Assembly: GCA_963668645.2 (NCBI GenBank)
Contig: CAXXWC010000021.1
Span: forward strand, 96,001-160,000
Length of the DNA stretch: 64,000 nt
Source of the DNA: Desulfobacterales bacterium
GTDB lineage: Bacteria; Desulfobacterota; Desulfobacteria; Desulfobacterales; UBA2174
Direction of reading: 5' to 3'
Numbering within the stretch: the stretch's first letter is position 1; each line of letters starts with the position of its first letter. This document shows positions 49,516 through 59,000 of this stretch, piece by piece. Under the pieces are notes generated by a model. That model made no database searches and was not told the origin of the DNA. It saw only the letters and a program-made list of their open reading frames with translations. The position numbers were made by a program, and so were the translations under genes.

Positions 49516-49636
49516 CAATCCCCCTGTTCGATAAATGCGCAATTGTTGATATTTTACGCCAAGCCGGAACGGCCTTTTTAGTTCACCGCTAGCTTTTCCA
49601 CGTGAAGATGGCATTATCTTTCATCAGACTACGGAT

Positions 49637-49677
49637 TGCTCATATTTTGTTGCGTATTAATGGGATTTTATTGCGGT
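49637..49677 (-). promoter_or_regulatory. Candidate AraC-type operator upstream of cohesin/dockerin operon
   Basis: Minus strand ACCGCAA-N16-CGCAA-N8-GAGCA, same architecture as 33062-33102. Confidence 0.6.
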
Positions 49678-49730
49678 ATCAGGGAAGGCCGGCATCTTCT
49701 GAAGGAGATGTGCAGGATCACAATCCCCCG

Positions 49731-50558
49731 CTATGAATATTTATGGGCGTTGAGGAAGGATGAAGGACTAACACCCTCGATTTTTTTAAAAACCCTGGAG
49801 AAATAGGAAAGGTCGTTAAAACCTACAGCAAAGCAGGTCTGGGTGATATTTACGCCCTTGGTTCGCATGGCGCTTTTAGCGACCTGAATACGCCTGTGAT
49901 TGACATATTCAGTGAATGAAAGTCCGGTTTGTACTTTAAACAATCGTGAAAAATGATATTTGCTAATACCGGCCGTTTCTGCGACCTCGGAAAGTGTCAG
50001 GGATTTATTGTAATGTCTGTTGATATAATCAATCGCTTTTTTAAAATTTTTCGGTATTTCTAAAAATTCCCGAGCGGTTTCAGTGCCGATTTTTGCATTC
50101 TCGTAAACGGCGTCATGGATATTTTCGACTCTTTTTAGCAGCATATCCAGAATGTATGCTTTTACTTCAGGATACACCGAAATCATGTTACTGAAATCCC
50201 TCCCACATTGGAAAAAAATGACCATCGGTTCCTTACATTTCATGTGGTACAATGCTTTTTGTTCAGTGGTAGCCGCACATAATCCGAAGATATCGCCAGG
50301 TCCCAGCGTTTCAAAGGGGACCTCTCCGCATTCTATGGTATCGAAAAGGATTTCGGCGCTGCCTGTTTGGATGACGCCGAACTGAACCGACCGGGCGCCC
50401 CGGCAAAAAAGATACTCTCCCTTGCAGCAAATCCGGCAATAGAAAGTCTTCGACAATTTTGCCAGCTCCAGCCGGCTCAAATGATGAAACGGCCTGTGCT
50501 TTGTCAGCAGGACAAAAATATCTTCATTGCTGTAGAGTGGCGATTGTTTTTCCGGCAT
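49731..50558 (-). CDS. AraC family regulator with N-terminal cyclic-nucleotide-binding (Crp-like) domain
   Basis: GEYLF..G, IQTG, LGPGDIFG cNMP fold; AIDYI..HY..LTLSEVA...HFSRLFK and VGFNDLSYFSRVFKK..GVSP double HTH; start ATG 50558 (or TTG 50576). Confidence 0.9.
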   Translation of the reverse strand: MPEKQSPLYSNEDIFVLLTKHRPFHHLSRLELAKLSKTFYCRICCKGEYLFCRGARSVQFGVIQTGSAEILFDTIECGEVPFETLGPGDIFGLCAATTEQKALYHMKCKEPMVIFFQCGRDFSNMISVYPEVKAYILDMLLKRVENIHDAVYENAKIGTETAREFLEIPKNFKKAIDYINRHYNKSLTLSEVAETAGISKYHFSRLFKVQTGLSFTEYVNHRRIQVAKSAMRTKGVNITQTCFAVGFNDLSYFSRVFKKIEGVSPSSFLNAHKYS

Positions 50559-50574
50559 TCCTCGACCGTCGCTC

Positions 50575-50609
50575 AAAAAAAATCCCGGGCTGCGTGTGCA
50601 GTCCGGGAT
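50575..50609 (-). terminator. Intrinsic terminator (riboswitch expression platform)
   Basis: Transcript ATCCCGGACTGC-ACAC-GCAGCCCGGGAT followed by a run of U just before the AraC gene. Confidence 0.8.
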
Positions 50610-50672
50610 CTACCTCTTAATCCGCAATGAAAGCGAAGAGCCCGGCGCCGTCCGCGCAGCCGTTGCCTATGT

Positions 50673-50829
50673 GTCCAGGCAGGTCTTCTGACTTCCGGTT
50701 CTTCCTACTGGCCGCGCCTTCCCAACCCTTCGGTCAGTGGCACTTGCGGCTTTCGTCACCGATTACAGCGGCGGGCCCGTCCCCGAATTTCACGGGGTTC
50801 CCTATTAAACTCACTACGAGCACCTGGAC
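50673..50829 (-). ncRNA. Cobalamin (B12) riboswitch
   Basis: Minus strand AGGTGC...AATAGGGAA...GCCGCTGTAA...GCCACTG...GGGAAGG...AAGTCAGAAGACCTGCC (B12 box), closed by GTCCAGG/CCTGGAC P1. Confidence 0.93.
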
Positions 50830-50835
50830 GGTTAT

Positions 50836-50864
50836 TGATTATCTACACAAAGAGAAAATGTCAA
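50836..50864 (-). promoter_or_regulatory. Putative sigma70 promoter of riboswitch-AraC transcript
   Basis: TTGACA followed by TAGATAATCA directly before the aptamer; exact -10 register ambiguous. Confidence 0.5.
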
Positions 50865-50970
50865 TGGAAACCGGCGCAAAGTCATAGCACCTCCGGCAGA
50901 GCCGGAGGCTTGAATTTGTGAATCGCTCAAAGCGGTTAGTTCATGGGCCACCTCAAAGGTGGCAGGCTCT

Positions 50971-51402
50971 TTACTTGAAAATCGCCAATTGTTCTAACCG
51001 GCGATCTTCACTTTCCTGGGCCTGGATATACTCGCGGACAGTCTGCTCGTCTCGGCCGACTGTGGACACATGATATCCTCTGGCCCAGAACTGCTGACCA
51101 GTAAAGTTCCGCCGACGGCCTAAATAGTTCCGCGCTATGTGGATCGCGCTTTTTCTTTTGATGTAGCCGATCACCTGCGCGACCGCATACTTGGGAGGTA
51201 TAGAAATGAGCATATGCACATGGTCCGGCATCAGGTGCCCTTGGAGCACCTCGCTCTCCCGGGCTTTGGCCAATTCTCGAAAAACCGCGCCAAGGTACCT
51301 GCGCACCTCGCCGTATAAGCTCTTCTTGCGGTACTTGGGAATCCAGACCACATGGTATTTGCATTCCCATCGGCTGTGGTTTAAGCTTAAACTGTTGTCC
51401 AT
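50971..51402 (-). CDS. tnpA: IS200/IS605 family Y1 transposase TnpA
   Basis: CKYHVVWIPKYR, DHVHM HUH motif, FWARGY, YIQAQ catalytic Tyr. Confidence 0.95.
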   Translation of the reverse strand: MDNSLSLNHSRWECKYHVVWIPKYRKKSLYGEVRRYLGAVFRELAKARESEVLQGHLMPDHVHMLISIPPKYAVAQVIGYIKRKSAIHIARNYLGRRRNFTGQQFWARGYHVSTVGRDEQTVREYIQAQESEDRRLEQLAIFK

Positions 51403-51476
51403 GAAAGCGGCGGTGGTCCCCAAAAACTGGACAATGGTGTAAGCTCTAAGTCAGACCGAAAAAGGAGGATCTGACC

Positions 51477-51758
51477 ATGAGTACCAAACGTCGACAGTAC
51501 AAACCCGAATTCAAGGCCAAGGTCGCCTTGGCTGCCTTACGCAATGAGCAAACACTGGCTGAGCTGGCCAAACGCTTCGATATCCACCCGACCATGATCA
51601 GCACCTGGAAAAGGGAGCTGCTCGACGGGGCCGCCGACATCTTCGAGAAAGGGCGCAGAGGCAAGCAGGTCACTGATGTCCAGGTCGGCGAACTGTACCG
51701 CCAGATCGGCCAGCTTAAGGTGGAAAACGATTTTTTATCACGCAAGCTCGGCTCCTGA
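51477..51758 (+). CDS. IS3 family transposase OrfA (HTH)
   Basis: RRQYKPEFKAKVAL...ELAKRFDIHP...IGQLKVENDFL; AGGAGG RBS; TTTTTTA slippery site at 51731-51737. Confidence 0.92.
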   Translation: MSTKRRQYKPEFKAKVALAALRNEQTLAELAKRFDIHPTMISTWKRELLDGAADIFEKGRRGKQVTDVQVGELYRQIGQLKVENDFLSRKLGS

Positions 51759-51778
51759 AGCGCGACCTGCGCCGTGAT

Positions 51779-52615
51779 ATGATCGATCCATCTCACGAGA
51801 AGCTGAGCATCGTACGCCAATGTGACATGCTGAACATTTGCCGTTCCTCATTTTACTACAAATGCAAGCCGATCAAGCCCGAGGACTTGGCGCTGATGCG
51901 CCTGATTGACGAACAGTTCCTCAAGACACCGACCTGGGGCAGCCGCAAGATGGCCGATTGGCTCTGGCGGCATCATGGCATGAAAAAGAATCGCAAGCGG
52001 ATCCAGCGCCTGATGCGACTGATGGGCCTTAAGGCGATCTACCCGCGGCCACGAACCACACAGCCTCATCCCGGGCATAAAGTCTATCCGTACCTGCTGC
52101 GAGGTGTGGCCATCGAGCGGCCCAACCAAGTGTGGTCGGCCGATATCACCTACATCCCGATGCGCCGGGGCTATATGTATCTTGTGGCCATCATTGACTG
52201 GTACAGCCGAAAGACGCTGTCCTGGCGCGTGTCGAATACGATGGAGGCCGACTTTTGCGTCGAGGCCCTGGAAGAGGCCCTGGCGCGCTATGACAAACCG
52301 CAGATTTTCAACACCGACCAAGGCTCCCAGTTTACCAGCACGATCTTTACTGAACGGCTCAGGGACCACCAGGTGGCCATCTCCATGGACGGCCGGGGCC
52401 GCTGCCAGGATAACATCTTTATTGAACGACTGTGGTGGACACTGAAATACGACTACATCTACCTACACGCTTTTGACAACGGAAACGAACTTCGCCGGGG
52501 GCTCGATAAGTGGTTCTCGTTTTACAACCAGGAGCGCCCTCATCAAAAACTTGACGGCAGAACACCGGATGATGTTTATTACGGTTTGCCTGCCACCATG
52601 GCTGGGGCTGCCTGA
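51779..52615 (+). CDS. IS3 family transposase OrfB (DDE integrase core), -1 frame to OrfA
   Basis: PNQVWSADITY, NTDQGSQF, DNIFIERLW..LKY, YNQERPH. Confidence 0.95.
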   Translation: MIDPSHEKLSIVRQCDMLNICRSSFYYKCKPIKPEDLALMRLIDEQFLKTPTWGSRKMADWLWRHHGMKKNRKRIQRLMRLMGLKAIYPRPRTTQPHPGHKVYPYLLRGVAIERPNQVWSADITYIPMRRGYMYLVAIIDWYSRKTLSWRVSNTMEADFCVEALEEALARYDKPQIFNTDQGSQFTSTIFTERLRDHQVAISMDGRGRCQDNIFIERLWWTLKYDYIYLHAFDNGNELRRGLDKWFSFYNQERPHQKLDGRTPDDVYYGLPATMAGAA

Positions 52616-52929
52616 TGTCCGGATACCAGAACCGGCTTGGAGCTTATTCTACCAACCAGGCTGTCCAAATAATTGGGTCCACCGCCAGCCTCTCCTTTGT
52701 GAATTTGAGCGGTTCACATCTGGAGGGGCTTTCATTTGTTCCCGTAAATGTCAAACACTGCTGAGTCCCCCGGCATAGCCGGGGGTTTACCTAAGGGCAA
52801 TTACGAATCATAGTGAATAGGCTGGAACAACCGACTGATAATACAAGCAAATAGTGACCGGCAGGAGCTTATTGTTATAATCGATCGAAATGCCACCTGT
52901 AATTAAAAATCCTCATCGGAAGTCAATCA

Positions 52930-53087
52930 TGATGCTTTCGTAAAAAGTCCGGAAACCGTCATGCCGGACTTGATCCGGCATCCAACACCCTCTGTAATTA
53001 CGGATTCCTGCTTTCGCAGGAATGACGTATGAAAGGCAAAAGGAATGACAGTACGAAAGGCAAATCGGACTTTTTACGAGGTAATCA
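52930..53087. repeat. MITE-like inverted-repeat element, copy 1, with internal REP-like hairpins
   Basis: TCGTAAAAAGTCCG / CGGACTTTTTACGA perfect 14-bp IR; TCAATCATGA repeated at both junctions; internal TGCCGGA..TCCGGCA and ATTCCTGC..GCAGGAAT hairpins; ~23-bp tandem duplication at 53018-53064. Confidence 0.75.
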
Positions 53088-53110
53088 ATCATGAATATCC
53101 GATCAAGATT

Positions 53111-54142
53111 TTACGTCCCATCGCCCAATCCGTCCAAATTTGCCATCGAGACCGATCGATTTCCTTTTTCAATTTCGTGAATCATGGCTACGATGGCATC
53201 ATTGACCGGAGTCGGCACGTTGCAGCGTTTTCCTTGTTGACAGATATAGCCGTTGAGAAAATCGACTTCAGTCCGGCGGCCGCGCTCGAGGCTCTGCAAA
53301 CTCGACGAACGGATCCGACGGTACTTGTAGCCGATGATACGAATCGTCAAGTGGCGCTTCAGTTCGCCAAGCCAGCCCTTATTTCCCAGAAAACGGCTGT
53401 AATCGAGTTTGCCGCCGCCTCCCGGCGGCACGGTCAACTTCATGGCGTCGGCCACCGCCATGGCTTCGCTCATGATCGAGATGAATATCACGCGGATCTT
53501 CTTGACCGCCAGCAACTGACCGAGCGGCACCCCGGCGATGACCCCCAGGGAATTGATGCAGCTATTGACGATCAGCTTGGAATAAAGTTCGCCGATGATG
53601 TTGGTGGTGATGCGGGCGGGGGCTGCTGCGGACAGCATTTCCCGAATGGCTTCAAGCCGTGCATCGACCATCGAGTCGAGCCTGCCGACGACGAAATCCC
53701 CCTCGGAAGTGATCTCCATCCGGCCGGGTCCATGAAAGGTCGCCCCCCAGGCCACCACGCAGCCGACGATTCGCTCTTGGCCCACTACTTTGGCCAGGGC
53801 TTCCTCACAGATTCCGTTCTGGAGCGATACCACCGAAGCGTCAGGCTTCAAAATTGGAAGAAAACTTTCTGCCGCTTCAATGGCTTCACCGGCCTTGGTC
53901 GCCAGGAAAACGACATCCAATGGCCCCTGGAGTTCGGCTGTCGTTTGAACGGCCCGCACGGGTATATGACTGTCGCCACCGATCCCGAAGATATGAAAAC
54001 CGGGTTCCTTGCCCAGGCCGACCGCCTCGGTATGTTTGCAGACAACCTGAACATCCCATCCAGCCTGCGTCATCCTGGCCCCGGTTACCCCACCGATAGC
54101 GCCTGCTCCCAAAACCGCGATTTTCAGTTTTCTGGTTTCCAT
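53111..54142 (-). CDS. panE: Ketopantoate reductase (PanE/ApbA family)
   Basis: GAGAIG, LATKA, SLQNG, KLIVN..IN, SSSLQ..ERGRRTEVDFLNG, TPVN. Confidence 0.88.
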   Translation of the reverse strand: METRKLKIAVLGAGAIGGVTGARMTQAGWDVQVVCKHTEAVGLGKEPGFHIFGIGGDSHIPVRAVQTTAELQGPLDVVFLATKAGEAIEAAESFLPILKPDASVVSLQNGICEEALAKVVGQERIVGCVVAWGATFHGPGRMEITSEGDFVVGRLDSMVDARLEAIREMLSAAAPARITTNIIGELYSKLIVNSCINSLGVIAGVPLGQLLAVKKIRVIFISIMSEAMAVADAMKLTVPPGGGGKLDYSRFLGNKGWLGELKRHLTIRIIGYKYRRIRSSSLQSLERGRRTEVDFLNGYICQQGKRCNVPTPVNDAIVAMIHEIEKGNRSVSMANLDGLGDGT

Positions 54143-54537
54143 GGGATCCTTTCAAAGGTTTGATTTCCGTTATCGCTCTTCATGGGAACATAGAATATGG
54201 AGTATGAGATATGATTGTGCGTTTCTGATTAATTTATCATGCTGCTTCCGGCGCATAGTGCAACGTCACCAGTTGTTCCGCACGTAGAACCAGAGAATCG
54301 CAAGTCTGCCTATCATTATCTCAAAGTTCAACCTCGATCACTCTACCATCGAGAATTTCGGCCGCAGTTCCAATCTGGCCGATCATCGGTCCTCGATCCC
54401 AATCTGCGTTTTCAAAACAGGAACCAGCCCAAAAGAGATTGCGAATAGATTTTCAATTTTACATACGGTTCTTTGTGGGTGCCCTTGCCGGGCACGTCGT
54501 TTTTCCCGGTCAAGTTCACCCGTTCGCCATTGCTTTA

Positions 54538-54939
54538 TTATTGATGGGACGCCATGTATTCGGTAACTGCTTGGGCTAAAATGCCAGATCGGGTTTCACC
54601 ATGTTTTTTAGCAAAATAATCCAATGAATTTAACAATCTTTCCGGCATAGTAATATTGACTCTTTTGGATTTTAGGGACAATTTGCTCAGATTCACCTCA
54701 ATGATCGCCCATATGCCGTTTTTAAAATCCGGGTTGTCTTGGTGGCCCTCAATAGTTGTAGCAACTGGGATGGGCCCTGAGTCTATCAAAATGCCTTCAA
54801 TGTGGCATTCCGCAGCTTCCTGGGCATTTACTAAAGCCTCTTCAACTGTTTCTCCTGCGGAAAAACAACCCGGTAAATCAGGAACCGTAACGCCATAATC
54901 CGAATTTTCATCTTTATGGATTACAACCGGATATTTCAT
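54538..54939 (-). CDS. hicB: HicB family antitoxin with C-terminal RHH
   Basis: YGVTVPDLPGCFSAGET, KRVNITMP...TRSG; GGAGG RBS. Confidence 0.93.
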   Translation of the reverse strand: MKYPVVIHKDENSDYGVTVPDLPGCFSAGETVEEALVNAQEAAECHIEGILIDSGPIPVATTIEGHQDNPDFKNGIWAIIEVNLSKLSLKSKRVNITMPERLLNSLDYFAKKHGETRSGILAQAVTEYMASHQ

Positions 54940-54943
54940 AATC

Positions 54944-55132
54944 TCACCTCCATTGCCAACCCGCCTGTTGATAAATATTTCGAAGTGTGCCGACAGGGAG
55001 ATCCATCTTTGGATGGGGAACAGTAACTTTACCTGGTTTTTCCGTATGCCTGAATTGGTGATGGTCTCCTTTTGTGTGATGGAGAATCCACCCATCCTTC
55101 TTCAAACGGTGTATTATTTCCCCGCTTTTCAT
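54944..55132 (-). CDS. hicA: HicA family toxin (mRNA interferase)
   Basis: LKKDGW...KGDHHQFRH..KPGKVTVPHP..DLPVGT...QAG. Confidence 0.93.
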   Translation of the reverse strand: MKSGEIIHRLKKDGWILHHTKGDHHQFRHTEKPGKVTVPHPKMDLPVGTLRNIYQQAGWQWR

Positions 55133-55133
55133 G

Positions 55134-55168
55134 GTGTGTACCGTACACACTTATAGGCTGGTTGTCAA
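55134..55168 (-). promoter_or_regulatory. hicAB promoter with palindromic operator
   Basis: TTGACA-N17-TACGGT seven nt before ATG; GTGTGTAC-N-GTACACAC palindrome overlaps the -10. Confidence 0.7.
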
Positions 55169-55237
55169 TTTTGCGATGAGAACTCTTGGCGAACCTACAA
55201 ACCCCGCAGTGGCGGGCTTCCAGAATTTCATCTGGCA

Positions 55238-55471
55238 TCAGTAGTGCTTCAAGCGCGTCAACGAAGATATGAATGGAGACGGGCATGCATCCGCGATGAC
55301 CAGATGTTGAAGAGGTTTGCCCGTAGTTGGACCCCAAACGGCTGCGCCGCCGGCCTGGCCCTTTTCTCCGGCATGGTCGATGTGGTTGCACGCGGCGATA
55401 TAAAGGGTATTGTCATAGGCTCTGGCGACCATGTATCGGTTCCACACCTCAAGGCGCCATTCACCGCCCAC
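55238..55471 (-). pseudogene. Fragment of a carbon-nitrogen hydrolase (nitrilase family) gene
   Basis: W...MVARAYDNTLYIAACNH...GGAAVWGP resembles the C-terminal part of CN hydrolases; catalytic N-terminal part not seen. Confidence 0.55.
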
Positions 55472-55653
55472 GAGCGATGCGTGGAAGGCGACGACTGCGT
55501 TTTTAGCCCCTCACCTTGACGATACAGGGCTTCCATTTTTGTTTGAACCCGAGGTCGCGGGCGGATGGGGCGCATTCGAAAAGCCCGTTGTATTTTCTTG
55601 ACAAAAAGATAGTTTTTACTATAGATGATTCGGCAGGTTGGAGCTAGGAAGGC

Positions 55654-55678
55654 ATGGCATCAAATAAGTTGATGCCAT
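55654..55678. promoter_or_regulatory. Perfect 10-bp inverted repeat, candidate operator
   Basis: ATGGCATCAA-N5-TTGATGCCAT downstream of a TTGACA (55598-55603). Confidence 0.4.
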
Positions 55679-55721
55679 AAACAACGTGTTTTTCCGATTG
55701 CTCGCAATACTGTCTTAAAAT

Positions 55722-55904
55722 CTCAGCCTGGCCGAAAAAGAAGAACAAGTCGATAAGCTCGGAGAATCGGTGCCTTTGGATCGGTCGGGCCTTCCCGACG
55801 ACATACTCGTGGCCCTCGTTTGACCGGCGCCCTGGGCCAGCGTCTGCACCACGGGCGAAGTAATCGTGGTGGATGGCGGGGTGTTGCTGGCCCATTGGAC
55901 CTGA
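55722..55904 (+). pseudogene. 3' remnant of an SDR gene
   Basis: Reads ...VPLDRSGLPDDILVALV*...TTGEVIVVDGGVLL, an SDR C-terminus with in-frame TGA at 55821. Confidence 0.6.
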
Positions 55905-56035
55905 TGACCTAAAATACGATCGAAAGTGTTTTTGATAAAACGCATCACGTCGTTTCAGGCTTTGTGGATCATCACGATTAAAGCTGACTGAAGTTTTCCC
56001 TTGTTCCGGGTAGAGCGCAGATCAACGGAGGTCGT

Positions 56036-59000
56036 ATGCGCAGTGGGTTGAGGTGTCTTAAAATGGCACTGGTTGTATTATTTATTGTTTTTTATTCAAT
56101 TGGTTATCAAATACCCGCTTTTGCCTTTATCCCGGAAATCGCCTTTGACGACATGGTGCAGCTTGCCGATATCGTGTTTGTCGGAAAGGCGGAACAGCTG
56201 TCTCCCAGAATCGCCAAAAACCGGAAGATGGTCGAAACCGATGTGATCTTCACCCAGATACAGGTGATCCATCAAAAAGACACCGTAACCGAAAACATCG
56301 GCAGCCAGATCACGCTGACCTATGAAGGGGGCCGGTTCAACGATGCCTATACCCTGGTCAGCGACATGCCGAGCATCGAAACCGGACAGCGCTATCTGGT
56401 GTTCGCCTACTACGACGGTCAGTCTCATGCGAATCCCTTTGTGGGCGGAATGCAGGGACTTATGAAGATTGCCGCCGACGAGATCACCGGAAAACAATAT
56501 CCGTTGAAGCGCGGCGATTCGGGCATTTCTGAAATTCGGGAAGGCAGGCTTCGCCTGAGCCCGGGCATCAAAAAAATTCGCAGAGGGGTTCTGGAAAAAG
56601 CCGGATCCAGGATGGATGTCAAACGTGCGGCAGACCCCAAAACCCCTGAACTCTGGCCCGCAAAGCCCCGTAGCCACAAAGACCGGATGCCGCAAAAAAT
56701 CATGGATCTGGATGAGTTTACCGGGCATATCGAAAAGTCCCTGAACAAAAGGCCATCCAAACAGGTCCTGGAAAAATGGGGCAAAAGGGCCGCTTCAGCC
56801 CTGCATCGCCCAAGTGATCCGGCGGCGGCCGTGGAGGAAAATGGATGGGAATTTTCAGATGGCGGGAAAATCATCGTTCTGAATCCCGATAAAGTCCACT
56901 GCCCGCCCGTTGAATCGAAAATCGATGGCGAAGCGGCGGTTTACGATCAAAAAACGGCCGTTACAAGCCCTTCAGGGGGAACCTCCTGGGACGATATCTG
57001 GATCTACGGATGGCACGATCTTCCCGTGATCATGGACTTGGTGCCCACCGATTACTGGACCTACGTTTACGATACCCAGGCCATGGGCCAATACAATTTG
57101 TATATCGATGAATTGTTTCGGGTCAGACCGTGGGACGGCGGTTTCGCCAATTATAATACATATAGTGAATTTTGCGGTTTTCTCACCGATGCCCAAAAAA
57201 AGGACGCTTACGGGAGCGGATGGGGCGACGCCATCGCCGTGTGCCGAATTATCGGCGCAGCCTGTGAAAGTTGTCAAATCTTCGAAGCGGACGTGATGTT
57301 CGCGGCCGAAGAAAACTGGACCGGAGATTACCAGTGTCAGTTGTCCAGGGGCGTGTCAGACAGCCCCTGTTATCAGACCTATCTTTACCTGCCGGTGGCG
57401 GTGCATGAGCTGGGGCACACTTTAGGGCTGTTGTCCGGAGGAAAAGACGAGAGCTATGACTACGATATACCGACGGTCATGAACGGCGGACTTGAAAATG
57501 CCGTTGAAGACGGCCGGGGTCTCCATGTGGGGGATGCCTATCTGCTCCGGTACTGGTATGCCGATCAGCGAAGCAGTGCCAGCATGAATTACGACGACAT
57601 CGGCATCGAAAGCTGGGTCTCTCAGGGCGGAACGGTCAATGCCGTCACCGATAAAAGAGCATACGACATCGGCGAACAGATCTGGATCGATAACGTGACC
57701 GTTGAAAACATCGGACGCCATGACGCGCCCAATGTGCGCATCCGGGCCTTTCTGTCCAAGCAGGGGGAACTGAAGAGCCTTATCAGCGAACGAAACGAGC
57801 TGGATCTGGACCTGATTCCGGCGGACCGGATGTTGATCGGTCCCCCGCCGTCCAACGAATACTACGAATGGTCGAACTTGTCATCGAACACTTTCTGGGC
57901 TGGTGAACTGGCGTTTGTCATTCCGGATCATATCCCCATGGGCGATTATTACATCAACTTGGTGGTGACCGCCAACAACGACCAGTCCGTGATCGGCGCT
58001 GAGCCGGGGGACACCTCCTATCACGAGATAACCATTCAAAATAACCATACGTTTGTCAAACTGCCCATCGAGGTGACTTGCCCCGAGCCATCGGCGCCGG
58101 CCAATTTCAGCATTCAGGAAACGGATGTGGACGGTGTGGTCCTGACCTGGGATGCAGTTGCCGATGCCCGATATTACAAGGTCATGCGAGTCCCCGTGGA
58201 CGATCCGCAAAACACCACGATTCTGACCTCCACCCTGACCGCAAATTCCTACAAGGACACTTCTGGAGTTCCGGGAACTTATTATTATTATGGGGTTTCG
58301 GCGCAAAGCTCATGCCGGGCCTGGAGCGACTGGGCCTTCTCTTCTTGGGCCGCTTCTCGACTGCTGACCCCGCCGTGCATCAAAAGCGCCACCGACGGAA
58401 CATCCGCCGACGAAATTCAGGTGATTGCCCAGCGTGTGGATCAGGGCGATTATTACTGCTTTTATTACAGCACGGTGAACGATCCGGCAACGGCGGTTCA
58501 GGTTCCCGGCGAATGCTGGACCTCGGATACCAGCGCCCTGCATATGAACGCGACGCCCGGACAGACGTATTACTATTGGGCCAAGGCCGCCACCAGCGAT
58601 ACCGGAAACAGAGCCTCCGGGCTGGGAGGCGCTTGCCCGGACCATTCCGGATGGCGCAAGCTTTCCCCGCCTGCCGAAGTTACCGCCAGTCAGTCGGACA
58701 CTGAGGGCATTCGGATCAGTTGGTCGGCCGTATCCGGAGCCGCGGCCTACCAGGTGTATCGCCACACGGAGAACAATCCCGCCGCCGCCACGGCCATTAC
58801 CGACTGGTGGGCCGATCTCTTGACATTTTTCGATTCACCGCTGGATGAGGGGCGGCAGTATTACTACTGGGTTCGGTCCTCGGTGGGGGCAAACGGCGAC
58901 CGGCCCAGTGATTTCAGCGCTTCCGCCGTGGGGTGGAAATCCTATGAACCGGCCCACAAGGTTGACATGACCGGCCTGGGGGCATCCAAGGGGAGTTCTG

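Larger units (their letters stand above)
51409..52686 (+). mobile_element. IS3 family insertion sequence
   Basis: Imperfect 25-bp IRs GGCGGTGGTCCCCAAAAACTGGACA / GGCGGTGGACCCAATTATTTGGACA; 3-bp AGC duplication at 51406-51408 and 52687-52689. Confidence 0.92.
50890..52785 (-). mobile_element. IS200/IS605 family element (tnpA only), interrupted by an IS3 insertion
   Basis: Related terminal hairpins CCTCCGGC-AGA-GCCGGAGG (50890-50908) and CCCCCGGC-ATA-GCCGGGGG (52767-52785) flank tnpA; exact ends a few bp outside. Confidence 0.82.

Noticed and set aside
53018..53064. Tandem ~23-bp repeat as a possible mini-CRISPR
   Set aside because: Only two adjacent copies, no spacers, no cas genes; part of the MITE-like element
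53045..54163. 372-aa plus-strand ORF starting in the repeat element
   Set aside because: Antisense to panE; its start derives from the inverted-repeat end (RTFYEVIN)
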